Below, one piece after another: positions 18,659-29,336 of a DNA stretch of 64,000 bases; positions within the stretch are counted from its first letter, which is position 1; each line of letters starts with the position of its first letter. Location: positions 8,303-72,302 of the forward strand of contig JBDRMB010000029.1 of NCBI GenBank assembly GCA_043812455.1. Reading direction: 5' to 3'. Origin of the DNA: an archaeon. GTDB lineage: Archaea > Nanobdellota > Nanobdellia > Woesearchaeales > GW2011-AR9. The translations under genes and the position numbers were made by a program. The notes beneath the pieces are model-generated. The model saw nothing but the letters and a program-made list of their open reading frames with translations. It was not told the DNA's origin and did no database searches.

Positions 18659-21600
18659 TTAATCACAACCATATCCGGAACTGTCATAATCATCAAGATT
18701 AATTTTGTCAGGCAATTCTTTTCCAACTTCACACATATACTTCCTGATCTTCTGGAACTCGGCAGTGTTAATGTCATCTTCATCAAAATCAAGTAAGGCA
18801 TAACCGTTAGCGTCCATCCGTAAAAAGAAGCGGTCAAATAACGGTTTGTAATCTCCTGATTTCCAATTACTGCCCAACTGAGCAATGACTGCTGCCATAT
18901 AATAATAAATTCCTATTGCTTCATCCAAATATCCTCGTAGTTCATCCATTTTCACAATGGCAAGCTGCATAACATCTTCATATCTTTGATTCTCAAAATA
19001 AGTATAAATCTCGCTAGTAGCTTCTTGAACTTCATGCTCTCTCTGAACCGTGATACTCTCAGGATGGCTAGATTTTCCTAAAGCAACAGTAGGCACTCTG
19101 TCTTTAGCACCGTAACATGAACCTAAACTGTTAGGTTCAAGTAAATCTGCAGTTACAGTCACTGTTCTTACATTGGAACTTGTACTTGACCTGCCTTGCT
19201 GGGTATTATACACACACGCTCCAGTACCAGTGGCACTGCCCAACACTCCACTTACTTGCATGTTGCCTACTGTAAATACAATATTATTAATCTCATCAAT
19301 GCCAAACTCATCATCACCGTTAGAGTTTACCAACTTACCACCTGTTAACTGGTATTGACTTCCAGCAACACTAATTCCTGCAGCAGAATTTACATTATCT
19401 AACACATAATCATTTCCACTCTTAGAAAAACCAAACGTGACTTCTTGACCTGGAGCAACTGTCCCGGAAGTATAAGAAGCGTCAATACTTCTTGGACAGC
19501 CACTATTACTTTTACTGCTAATCCTGTCCAGACCAGCATTTGAACCGCCAAACATTTCTTCATTAACAGTACCTAGACTAAACACCGGACCCATAAACCC
19601 GGCAGCACCAGCTGGTATTTCATAACTTCTTTCTCTGTTAGCTTCATCAATACCAGCAGAACTGGTCTTTAACCTTAAACAATAATTTTCTCCGTCAGTG
19701 TTCATGTGAACCTTAACTTTAATTTCATCGCCCATCAATAACATGTTAGGAGTATCACAGTCAACATAAGTACCAGCATTTTTATCATAACAAGTGATGT
19801 ACGGATCTTGCAGATAAGCCAGACCTTCACCATAGAACAGACCTGCCAGTTCTGGACAGGAATATTGTCCAGTAGAAGCTTCAACTTGACAACTTACTAC
19901 ACCAGGGGGTGAAGCGTCAGTGATCGGGAAATAAAACAAACCATCTTTATATCCCTCATCAAAACAGGCATCTGGATTCTCGTAAGGATCTAACTGTAGA
20001 TGAACAACTACATGATCGTACCTGAAATGTTTGTCAACCTTTTGCGGGGATTCAATTGGCAATTCTACCACACTACCCTGTTCTAAGTTAGAACCACGAC
20101 CACCATCAAGATAATGTATTCGTTCGCTAGCTAATGGTGAAGTACTACCAACGTTAAGACAATCACAACCTTGACTGCCACAATCAACTCCTGGATGACC
20201 CATATCTTCCGGTCCGACACATTTCAAATAAGTTTGGTATGAGGCAATTTTACAACCTGGGAAGATTACCGTTCCAACTTCATAATTGAACTGCGCAGTT
20301 AAAGTTTGAGGATTATAATTAGTTAGTTCTCTGAACGCTGGGAACACTAATACACTAGATTTCATTGGAACTGAATAAGCTACATCTTCAATAAAGTCAA
20401 AGCCCATTGGCCAGTCAAAACCAAAGGCCGCCATACAGATTGATTCTGCTACACCTTGCACTCCGCTGGCAAAATATTCGTTAAGTGCAGAATTGCCATA
20501 ATCACTTTGCAAGTCATCAATAGAATATTGCATTGAATCATAGATTGATTCTGTTCCGGCACCAAAAAGTTCAGCAGCTGTAGTTTGATTACCTTTGTTT
20601 GCATCTTTCAAACTTAATGGACTACACTTGCCACTGAAAGAAGCAATAAGTTTGTAAATCAAACCGCAAACGTGTTGCGAGAATAAAGTTTTACACATTC
20701 CAGCGTCATGGAATCCAGTATATTTCGCTTCTTCAATACATCTTCTTAATCCGTCTAAGATGCTACGTAACATTACTAACCGTGCTCTTATTCCAGTTAA
20801 ACATACTGTCTGGAATGCACTAATATGTTGAGTGTGCGGGTTAACTTGAGTTTTCTTTTTCAATTCGCTAGGTACTGCATAATCTGGAAGATAATCTAAC
20901 CCGAATGCACCAGATAGGTCTCTGCCGTCATAATATCTTAATTCAGAATAATGTGTTCCTTTGAAACCTTTACTTTCAGTGTATAATCGATCTTGTCGGT
21001 AACTGAACTTCTCTGCAACACCATCTTCCTTTAATGCTTCTCTATATCCAGTAGTTGTAATTTTCTTTTCGGAACCTTCACAGACACATTGGTACTTTTC
21101 CCCATCACTGCCTACAAAACAATCTTTAGTATGACCGCCAGAGATCATATTACCTTCCATTTTTCTTGAAGGACCAACTAATTGGTCGTCTTCTCCTACT
21201 CTATAACAAGAACCTCCTGTTGTACTAGAGATAATTTCAGATGGTGCCTCACTAGGGTCAACAACAATATCTGCGTCAGCGCTAGCAGCCTGCCCAGTAA
21301 TTGCTTCATCTGTAGAAGCAGTAGCAGTACTTACAATTCCACTAACCGAACCATCTTTAATTGTATACCCATCAGTCACTGCTTTATAACCAGAATTCTT
21401 TGCACAAACTGCTTTACAGGTAGTGTCAGGAGCACCACAATAACCACCGTTAGCTTCTTTGTAAACTAATATTGTTTGGGATTCAAAACCGGTTGACAGA
21501 CCATTACCACTCACTATCTTTTCTAACCGATAAATTCCGTTTTCTTCACTGACAAAATTATCAGGGTTCTTACCATTAAAATAATATAAAGAACCACTAA

Positions 21601-24139
21601 TGGTACCACCAGTACTACTTATCACATTTTCATTATCAAACCGTTCCCAACATTCTCCTGAAGCAGGTATCGCTGTAGTGTCAACTCGATGAATACTAGG
21701 CAAGGTATTTTTCACATACTGCCCGCAATTCTCAATTTTTCGTAACGGGATACAACCAGAAGTTACTGCACAACCTTTCTGAGTGGCAATCGCAGCTTCA
21801 ATCTCTTCTTCTGTTTTTTCTGAAGTCCATCCAGCAGGTACTGCTCGGCATAAGAACCGATCACATGTCCAACGATATGCTTGGTCCAATGCTTCTTCCG
21901 CTTTCCAGAGATTTGCAGTGTTTTCACATTTATCTTCTAAATTGTGTTTACCATCATTATAATCAGAAGGTAAATTGTTAGCGCCAGGATTTCCTGCTGC
22001 TAACTCATCCCACTTTTCCCTAGTCGTATCAAGATACAAATCACTTTGATCCAACGGACATCTTTCATCTTCAGGCTTATTTCTAGATGTAAGATATTCT
22101 GCTTTAGAACTGAATATCCTTGCGAACCTAATCACGGTCTTAACACCGACAGAAACGAAACAAGTAACACCAGTAACTAGAATAACTTTTTCCAGCACCG
22201 GTAAGATCTTGTCAATAACTGTTATCGTACCGTTAAGAACTTTGATTCCTTCATTGGCCATCCAGTCAGGAATAAGTTTCTCGCTGTCTACTGGAATGTC
22301 AACAAAATATCCTAAATCATAACAACTTGTTTGAGTTTTAGATTCTCCTAAGTTGCCTAAAGAATCATACTCTTGATAATTAACCATAACCTTTAACGGA
22401 AATACTACCTGCCGTTTCTTAAAATCGTTCCAGAAATCATCGTCAACATAACTTAAACCTTCTGTGGTTAACAAGTCCCATGTTAAGTAATATGCTGTCT
22501 TGTCGGGACTGTCTAAAACTTTTGGTCCGGAACTAGGTAAGATTGCACAACCCACACCAAACTGTTCATCATCCATCATTGACTGTGTACAAGCTTTCTC
22601 AAACCGGACACTGTTAACCTGGAAAGCGTCCCTATTTTCTTCACCGGTGACTATATCGCGTTCAGCAATTCCACTGCCAACATAACTTAAATTGAATACT
22701 GCAGTTGCAACTTCTCGGCCATCTTCAATCAAATCAGGGTTTAATCTCATTGGTTGCTGGAACTTAGCAATGCTAGTAATCTGAAAATCAAAATTTGACG
22801 AGTAACAGGTATGGACAGTAACCACATCATGCCAATAACCGCTTTTTCCACTTTTGTCAACAGAGATAAGATAAACGTTATAGGTCCATTCTTGTGCTTG
22901 ACTTACAGATTCGATTGGATAAATTGAAACACCTTCTAAGCCTGAAGGTACCAGTTCAAACTCAAAATCTTCAAAACTTAACGGTTCAGTTTCAAAGTTA
23001 ACTTTTTCAAACGTAAAATTTCCGTCCTCACCAGCTTCTACTGCAAACCACGGTCCCCTAAAGTCAGGTTCGTATTGATAACTTAACGGTCGGTAAATGA
23101 ATAGATATACTGTGGAACCTGGTTCTGTAGTTCCATGAAGATTAGTTGTTGCTCTGTTTTGATAATATTCATTCCCTTTTTCAAATTCTGCTTCAACGTC
23201 TGGCGGTTGAGTGTCAGCATCAATCTCAATCTTTTCTCTTGCCACCCAACCTGCTCGGTCAGTCGCTTCAATAGTAATTTTATTAATGCCTTCATCAAGA
23301 TGTAATTCTTCACTAAAACTAGTTCCTTCAGTATTGTAAATTGAATTTCCATTTACAAATATTTCAATACTACATTCTTCATTGACTGCTCCTTTCAATG
23401 TAACATGATCTTCAAGTGCAATTTCGCTATAAGTCTCAAGAGCAATTTCTGGATGAGTATTATCAGAATAAACTACTCCTGAATATGTTTGGACCTGACC
23501 GTCAGTTGTGGTGGCTTCTAAGTCTAGAACATTACTTTCGTCAGCATTCAAAGGTACATTCTGGAACTGAAAAGTTCCATCCGAAGCAGCAGTTTTCTTG
23601 GCATGATATCCGCCATTAACATAAACTCTAACTTCAGCGTTTGCCAGAGTACTTCCATTAATGTCAAAATATTCTCCAGCAACAATTTCTGGATGTTCCA
23701 CGCTCAAACTTAACGAACTGCTGCCAGTAGTTACAGTTTCTCCAGAACTTTCTCCACTAGCTTCAGTCGTTCCCAAAGTCTGGAAATTATAATTATTGCC
23801 AGAATTGTTCTCTGCCACGCCGTTGCTCATAACATAATAATAATAGTCTGTTCCTGGCATCAATCCGTCAATTGCAAGACTATGATCAGTAACAGCACTT
23901 GTATCACTCTCTACTCTTGTTAAACTGAACTCATTATCCCCATAATAAATAAAACTGTCTGCTTCTTCATCAGTGTTCCATTCAATAATTATTCCAGTTT
24001 CAGTAAGGTCCTTTTCAGTAATTCCAGAAATTTGTATTGCACTGACTAATGGTAGATTAACAACTAGAATCACTACTAAGATTGTCCAAAGTTTCCAATG
24101 CATACCAAACTTTTTATTTTCTACCATTTCATAAATCAA
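18659..24139 (-). CDS. Giant (1826 aa) Cys-rich secreted/surface protein with N-terminal FN3-like and Ig-like domains
   Basis: Signal peptide; WNTDEEADSFIYYG..L.PGTDYYY FN3-like domain; DxxPP Ig linkers; many Cys; internal hydrophobic helix near aa 650. Confidence 0.8.
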   Translation of the reverse strand: MIYEMVENKKFGMHWKLWTILVVILVVNLPLVSAIQISGITEKDLTETGIIIEWNTDEEADSFIYYGDNEFSLTRVESDTSAVTDHSLAIDGLMPGTDYYYYVMSNGVAENNSGNNYNFQTLGTTEASGESSGETVTTGSSSLSLSVEHPEIVAGEYFDINGSTLANAEVRVYVNGGYHAKKTAASDGTFQFQNVPLNADESNVLDLEATTTDGQVQTYSGVVYSDNTHPEIALETYSEIALEDHVTLKGAVNEECSIEIFVNGNSIYNTEGTSFSEELHLDEGINKITIEATDRAGWVAREKIEIDADTQPPDVEAEFEKGNEYYQNRATTNLHGTTEPGSTVYLFIYRPLSYQYEPDFRGPWFAVEAGEDGNFTFEKVNFETEPLSFEDFEFELVPSGLEGVSIYPIESVSQAQEWTYNVYLISVDKSGKSGYWHDVVTVHTCYSSNFDFQITSIAKFQQPMRLNPDLIEDGREVATAVFNLSYVGSGIAERDIVTGEENRDAFQVNSVRFEKACTQSMMDDEQFGVGCAILPSSGPKVLDSPDKTAYYLTWDLLTTEGLSYVDDDFWNDFKKRQVVFPLKVMVNYQEYDSLGNLGESKTQTSCYDLGYFVDIPVDSEKLIPDWMANEGIKVLNGTITVIDKILPVLEKVILVTGVTCFVSVGVKTVIRFARIFSSKAEYLTSRNKPEDERCPLDQSDLYLDTTREKWDELAAGNPGANNLPSDYNDGKHNLEDKCENTANLWKAEEALDQAYRWTCDRFLCRAVPAGWTSEKTEEEIEAAIATQKGCAVTSGCIPLRKIENCGQYVKNTLPSIHRVDTTAIPASGECWERFDNENVISSTGGTISGSLYYFNGKNPDNFVSEENGIYRLEKIVSGNGLSTGFESQTILVYKEANGGYCGAPDTTCKAVCAKNSGYKAVTDGYTIKDGSVSGIVSTATASTDEAITGQAASADADIVVDPSEAPSEIISSTTGGSCYRVGEDDQLVGPSRKMEGNMISGGHTKDCFVGSDGEKYQCVCEGSEKKITTTGYREALKEDGVAEKFSYRQDRLYTESKGFKGTHYSELRYYDGRDLSGAFGLDYLPDYAVPSELKKKTQVNPHTQHISAFQTVCLTGIRARLVMLRSILDGLRRCIEEAKYTGFHDAGMCKTLFSQHVCGLIYKLIASFSGKCSPLSLKDANKGNQTTAAELFGAGTESIYDSMQYSIDDLQSDYGNSALNEYFASGVQGVAESICMAAFGFDWPMGFDFIEDVAYSVPMKSSVLVFPAFRELTNYNPQTLTAQFNYEVGTVIFPGCKIASYQTYLKCVGPEDMGHPGVDCGSQGCDCLNVGSTSPLASERIHYLDGGRGSNLEQGSVVELPIESPQKVDKHFRYDHVVVHLQLDPYENPDACFDEGYKDGLFYFPITDASPPGVVSCQVEASTGQYSCPELAGLFYGEGLAYLQDPYITCYDKNAGTYVDCDTPNMLLMGDEIKVKVHMNTDGENYCLRLKTSSAGIDEANRERSYEIPAGAAGFMGPVFSLGTVNEEMFGGSNAGLDRISSKSNSGCPRSIDASYTSGTVAPGQEVTFGFSKSGNDYVLDNVNSAAGISVAGSQYQLTGGKLVNSNGDDEFGIDEINNIVFTVGNMQVSGVLGSATGTGACVYNTQQGRSSTSSNVRTVTVTADLLEPNSLGSCYGAKDRVPTVALGKSSHPESITVQREHEVQEATSEIYTYFENQRYEDVMQLAIVKMDELRGYLDEAIGIYYYMAAVIAQLGSNWKSGDYKPLFDRFFLRMDANGYALLDFDEDDINTAEFQKIRKYMCEVGKELPDKINLDDYDSSGYGCD

Positions 24140-26328
24140 ATCAGTTCTGGCACAGGCAATTCCTGGCTGTAATCATCCATGTTCGATAGGAACTCATAAT
24201 AGTAATCTTCATTGCTCGGACTAACTTCAAGAACATGGAACTGAATCATACTTCCTTCCTGCAAACTGGTCCAAGGTAATAACCACTGACCGCGGTAACC
24301 GCCGATCAAATCTTCTTCATTAACAAGATAAATCAAAACATCATATTCAAAATCTGCACCAGACAATAACTGCACTTTAGTTTCTTCTAAGATTTCAGTA
24401 TCTAACGTTGGTGAATAAACTAGCTCTACTTTATGTAATTCAGCACCACCTTGCAAGAACTCTCCTAGTTCTAATACATCAGAACTGGCACCGCCAGTTT
24501 CAAGATCCGTACCAGTTTCATTTCCAATAGTCTCATTTGTAGCTGTTTCAACTGGGGCTACTGGTGCACTTCCCGGGAAATATTTTATAGTTACTAAAGC
24601 AGTTTCATCATCATCTAATGCCTTACCATCTGATATGTCAAAACATAACACATCTTCACCTTGCATTTCAATTTCTTCATCAGTACAATCTCTTTCTTCA
24701 ACTTGATGCTTAACAACTTCAACATCCGCCATACTAAATTCAACTAGTGGTCTCATCTCAAGTTCCACAACTAAGTCGTCACTTGAAACTACATATTGCC
24801 AAGTTTCAAGATAACTTTCTTTATTACCGCGCATGATTGCTGCTGCACAGTATGGGAATTGATCACTAAGTCCAGCAACATCGCCTCGCTCTTCAAAGTC
24901 ATATTCAGTTTGACCCATTTCACACTTATAACGGATACAAGTATAACTTATGTTAACACCATCTAAAGGTTCTCTATAATACACACCTGTTGCTTCATTA
25001 GAAACTAAAGAATAAGTTTCTATACTCATCGGAACATAACTTGGACTGTTATAACAATAATCTTCATCAGTCACACTTGGAATATTTTGCGATTCTCTAG
25101 CAATTGCCGGACCTTTGTAAGGATAATTTCCAATCAGGTTTACAGTAAATGCCATCTGAAAAACTCCACCACTTTGTTCATCACGCAATTCAATAATTAC
25201 TGGGTAAATTACATCGTAAGTAAACTTCCAATTCTGGATACATAAGAAAGATAACATTGTTCCTCCGCCTAGACGATCACTGGTCATATAATTTCCTTCT
25301 CGAGGAGTTACCTGGAAAGTAAACGGATAAGTATTTTCAAATTTAAAAACTCCAGAAATGTCTTCATCATAATGTTCAATATCCCACACATAATGGTTTT
25401 GATAATAAGGTAAGTCATCAGGGAAATCTTGATAATCTGTCCCGTCAATCTTAAGGTTACGCAAATTTATCCGTAACATATCTTTTAAAGTATTTTCAGC
25501 AGTATCTACTCTCCACTTCTTTTCGTTACAGCTTATTTCCATTCCAGCAACTGGTACATCTTCATGCTCTAACGCGATCAAATCCTGAGTAATATCTTCT
25601 AATTTTAAAGTATCCATTTCAGAGTCAAGAACTGCGTCAGCCATTTCATATAAACTTTTGAACCTGATCCGAGATTCAGCAGTATGATCAATCAGTTCTG
25701 CTACCAATTCCCCTTCTTTATCTTTAACCAATAAGTTCCAATGAACATTAAACTGAGTTTTCCCACTAAGAAATTCAGTATCTGCTTCAATGTCGCTAAT
25801 TTCTACAATGTCATAAGTTTCCTGGAAAACTTCTGGATCGAACAAACAAGAAGGAACATTTTCTTCTATATAATCATCAACTTGAATTTTAATCTCATCT
25901 AAACTTGGCTGATCAATCTCAGCACCATTTGCCCATAACGGAACATACATAAACGGTGAAAGTTGGATACTCCAAGTGATATCATCAGTATAACGTTCTG
26001 GAACTTTAACATAACCGCCTTGTTTTCCAGCCAAAAGTAACGCTTCTTCCCCAACATTAGTTATACAATCAGTAACATAAGTTTCGACTGCCCCTTTCTG
26101 GATTAAAATTAAATCCTGACCAGGAAGTTTGATAAGTTCTTGCTGTAAAAGAATGATTAAAGCTACTGCAATTAACAAAATTATTCCTAAAATTATGTAA
26201 ACTGTAACCTGAGCTTTTCTATTTGATCTGTTGAGTATGTTGAGCGCATTTTTTCTTGCGTTGAGCCTTGAAAATAGGTTAGAACTAGCACTACTTTTAC
26301 CTCTATCACCACTCTTACTAAACATCAC
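24136..26328 (-). CDS. Large surface protein with class III (prepilin-like) signal peptide
   Basis: RKAQVTVYIILGIILLIAVALII; acidic, Cys-containing body. Confidence 0.75.
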   Translation of the reverse strand: MMFSKSGDRGKSSASSNLFSRLNARKNALNILNRSNRKAQVTVYIILGIILLIAVALIILLQQELIKLPGQDLILIQKGAVETYVTDCITNVGEEALLLAGKQGGYVKVPERYTDDITWSIQLSPFMYVPLWANGAEIDQPSLDEIKIQVDDYIEENVPSCLFDPEVFQETYDIVEISDIEADTEFLSGKTQFNVHWNLLVKDKEGELVAELIDHTAESRIRFKSLYEMADAVLDSEMDTLKLEDITQDLIALEHEDVPVAGMEISCNEKKWRVDTAENTLKDMLRINLRNLKIDGTDYQDFPDDLPYYQNHYVWDIEHYDEDISGVFKFENTYPFTFQVTPREGNYMTSDRLGGGTMLSFLCIQNWKFTYDVIYPVIIELRDEQSGGVFQMAFTVNLIGNYPYKGPAIARESQNIPSVTDEDYCYNSPSYVPMSIETYSLVSNEATGVYYREPLDGVNISYTCIRYKCEMGQTEYDFEERGDVAGLSDQFPYCAAAIMRGNKESYLETWQYVVSSDDLVVELEMRPLVEFSMADVEVVKHQVEERDCTDEEIEMQGEDVLCFDISDGKALDDDETALVTIKYFPGSAPVAPVETATNETIGNETGTDLETGGASSDVLELGEFLQGGAELHKVELVYSPTLDTEILEETKVQLLSGADFEYDVLIYLVNEEDLIGGYRGQWLLPWTSLQEGSMIQFHVLEVSPSNEDYYYEFLSNMDDYSQELPVPELI

Positions 26329-26484
26329 TTAAAGGATAACTTTTCCGTTTATAAAGCTTCTGTTTTATATAATATAAAATAAAGGAGAGAAAACACCTAA
26401 TGAAGCATTAAATAAAGGACTAAAATTAATAATTAAAATATTAAAACTATATCAAAATGAAAAAATTAAAATTGCACTTAACAA

Positions 26485-27944
26485 TTACTTAATTTTCCTA
26501 ACCTTAAATCCTTCCTTTTGATCATCAACAGAATAACCTTTCTTGGTCAGTTCATCCCTTAATTTGTCTGAAGTTGCCCAATCTTTAGTTTGCCTAGCTT
26601 TTTCCCGTTCTTTTGCAAGTTTCAGAATTTCAGCAGGAATCTTTTCTTCCTTAACATTTTCAAGACCCAATCCAAACACTTGGTCAAAATAATACAATAA
26701 ACATAACTTCTCGTTATCCTTAACAGTACTGTCTTTAAGCAAGTCCCACATTGTTGCTAAAGCTTGTGGAGTATTCAAATCATCACTAACTTGTTCCAAA
26801 AACAGGTCTTGATATCTTCTAGCTACACCTGAAAATTTTTCAGGATTAAGTTTTCCCTTACCAATTTTAACTTCTTCCTTCAAATCTAAAACTCGCTCAA
26901 CCAACTTTTCTCGAGCAGTTTTAGCGGACTCTAAAGCTTCATAGTCAAACATTAACGGCTTTCGGTAAACTGTTCCTAAGCAGAAATATCTATAATCAAG
27001 TGCAACAAAACCTTTTTCTTTCAAAGTAGATAAAGTGACAAAATTATCACCAGACTTGGCCATCTTTTCTCCTTTCTTCAAAACGAGAAATTCATTATGT
27101 AACCAATATTTAACCCACGGTTTTTTACCAGTTGCAGCTTCTGACTGTGCAATTTCATTTGTATGATGTACAGGAATATGATCAATGCCACCACAATGAA
27201 TGTCAAATTGTTCGCCTAGATATTTCATGCTCATTGCTGAACATTCCAAATGCCAGCCAGGATAACCCATCCCAAACGGAGAATCCCACTTCATTTCTTG
27301 TTCATCAAACTTAGATTTGGTAAACCATAACACAAAATCATAGGGATTTTTCTTGTTTATGTCTTTTTCAACCCTTGCTCTTGCCTTTTCTCCATCTTCT
27401 TCCAGATTCAATCGTGCAAGTTTTCCATAATCTTTCAGTTTAGAAGTATCAAAATAAACATTTCCGCCCGCTTGATAAATGAAACCTTTTTTCTCTAATT
27501 TTTTTATCAGTTCAATCTGTTCCTTGATATGTTCAGTGGCTTTGGGAAATACTTTTGGAAATAAAAGATTCAGTTCCTTAATGTCATTCTTGAAAGCTTT
27601 AGTGTAAAAATCTGCAACTTCCCAAACAGTCTTTTTTTCACGTTCAGCACCTTTCAATAATTTATCTTCTCCAGTGTCAGCATCAGAAGTAAGATGTCCA
27701 ACGTCAGTGATGTTCATGATATGTTCAACTTTAAAACTATTCAACTCCAGAACTCTTCTCAAAACATCTTCAAAGATATAACTACGCAAATTTCCGATAT
27801 GTGCATAATTGTAAACAGCATGCCCAAAATTTCTTATTTAGAAACTTTGTTTGGCCCGCAACAATATATGCCCACAGATTTGGAATTTATTGGTTCAAAT
27901 GTTTCTTTTTTCCTAGTTAAAGTATTATATACTTTTAATTTCAT
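26485..27944 (-). CDS. cysS: Cysteinyl-tRNA synthetase, split gene (exons 27944-27851 and 27818-26485; 475 aa if joined)
   Basis: Exon 1 reads [23 protein letters not shown]; exon 2 continues [45 protein letters not shown]. Joined length is 1428 nt, in frame. Confidence 0.93.
27819..27850 (-). other. 32-nt insertion in cysS, candidate bulge-helix-bulge mRNA intron
   Basis: ACAAAGTTTCTAAATAAGAAATTTTGGGCATG splits the Thr codon A|CT, contains an in-frame TAA and a 10-bp hairpin. Confidence 0.7.
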
Positions 27945-27946
27945 CG

Positions 27947-29089
27947 TCACCCCACTACAAGGTTAATTAATTTGTTTTGTTTTCTGTCTAATGAATATCC
28001 AATGTATTTATAAAATTTTGTGAGGCTACCTTTCCTAGCAATATGTAAATCAAAGCAGAGACTGTATCTTCCAGCATGTGTTCTACTCAAGCGACCTGCA
28101 AAAATTCTGTTTTTAATATCAAGTTCCTTAAGAATTTTGGATTCTCCTTGCAAAAGTTTAGGAGCTTTATTTAACTCACTCAGTAACTTTTTATCTTCAA
28201 TTAGTCCTGATGCTTTCTTGATTGTAATAACCTTGGTTATATGTCCTGTAGGGAATTTGTTAATCAACATAAACTTATCAAGCAGTTCTAATTCTTTTAT
28301 TTGTTTTTTAGTTAAATTATTTAGATGCCTATAACGCGAAAGTGTGATATACCCATAATTTCCTTTCTTATCTTTGTACACTGAAGATTCATCATCAAAC
28401 GCTGCCTTCAAGTAATTCGCTTTCATTTCTTTAGTTCCTTTCTTTATCAACCAAGGTACTTCACCATCAACTGTCGCTTTTCTTCCAGAAATTGCTCCAA
28501 CTCTTAATAAGGACTCACCAATTATAGATGAGCCAATTCTAAGCAGAATACAATTTCTTACAAATTCTTTTTGTATGTGAACCTCGCCAAATAATTTATT
28601 TATTATTTTTATAAAATTCTCTGCAGATTGCTCCTCACCAGCAGCATATTTTGTTCTAAATTTGTTTCTTGCTTTCTTATCTTTGAAAATGCAACCATCA
28701 GAAACAATTAATCCTAAAAGATAAGCACCATCTTCATTGTTGAGGTTTATTGGAAATTTTGGATTTTTTATAGAAATAACTTTCCCTTTTTTAGTCATCA
28801 AGATTTTATCATTCATATAATTATAATTAATCCCTAAGTAATCCAACAATTTCTTAAGTTTCATAACAGAAACCATATTAACACCTTTATTGTTTATCAG
28901 ATTATAAAATGTGGGACTACTCAAGTTCAATTCATTACAAAGCAGAGACAGGTTACCAGCTTTTTTAATTCCTTTTAGGATTAATTTTTCTAGTAGATCA
29001 TCTTTTAGTTCAAATAGAAATGTATCTTTAAGTTGATACCAATGAGTTTCCCAATGAGGGATTGCCAAATCTTCATTAATTGAATTCAT
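27947..29089 (-). CDS. Free-standing double-motif LAGLIDADG endonuclease-like protein with N-terminal HTH
   Basis: [13 protein letters not shown] and [16 protein letters not shown]-like [21 protein letters not shown] 29089 follows GGAGGT. Confidence 0.8.
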   Translation of the reverse strand: MNSINEDLAIPHWETHWYQLKDTFLFELKDDLLEKLILKGIKKAGNLSLLCNELNLSSPTFYNLINNKGVNMVSVMKLKKLLDYLGINYNYMNDKILMTKKGKVISIKNPKFPINLNNEDGAYLLGLIVSDGCIFKDKKARNKFRTKYAAGEEQSAENFIKIINKLFGEVHIQKEFVRNCILLRIGSSIIGESLLRVGAISGRKATVDGEVPWLIKKGTKEMKANYLKAAFDDESSVYKDKKGNYGYITLSRYRHLNNLTKKQIKELELLDKFMLINKFPTGHITKVITIKKASGLIEDKKLLSELNKAPKLLQGESKILKELDIKNRIFAGRLSRTHAGRYSLCFDLHIARKGSLTKFYKYIGYSLDRKQNKLINLVVG

Positions 29090-29098
29090 TTTTATTAC

Positions 29099-29224
29099 CT
29101 CCAAGTTTCCACCTACTTAAACTTGGAGTTAGTTAGAAAAAGAGTAGTATAGCGTAACTCATTAAATTTCTTTATGTAAGGCAAAAGAATTTTATTGGGA
29201 GTTTTGCGTAGCTCTCTTTCTCTA
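29099..29224 (-). promoter_or_regulatory. Structured leader: SD-occluding hairpin plus ~90-nt imperfect hairpin
   Basis: CTCCAAGTTT/AAACTTGGAG 10-bp stem at 29099-29128 covers GGAG; long stem at 29134-29224. Confidence 0.6.
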
Positions 29225-29336
29225 TTTTACTAGTTAAACTAGTATATAAAGAATTTGTATACTTGACCAGTGTATTTCGCTAGAAATAAACAGAAAATCT
29301 CTGATTTTCAAGTGGGTATGTGGTCAGATATATTAA

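Noticed and set aside
18652..18885. N-terminal extension of ORF 18079..18885
   Set aside because: Overlaps the giant gene in another frame; MNKKA at 18651 gives a proper signal sequence.
27789..27850. cysS starting at TTG 27789, or a group I/II intron or simple frameshift
   Set aside because: That start would omit the CGPTVY and HIGN motifs, which are present upstream. 32 nt is far too short for a self-splicing intron, and a frameshift alone would leave extra residues in the active-site motif.
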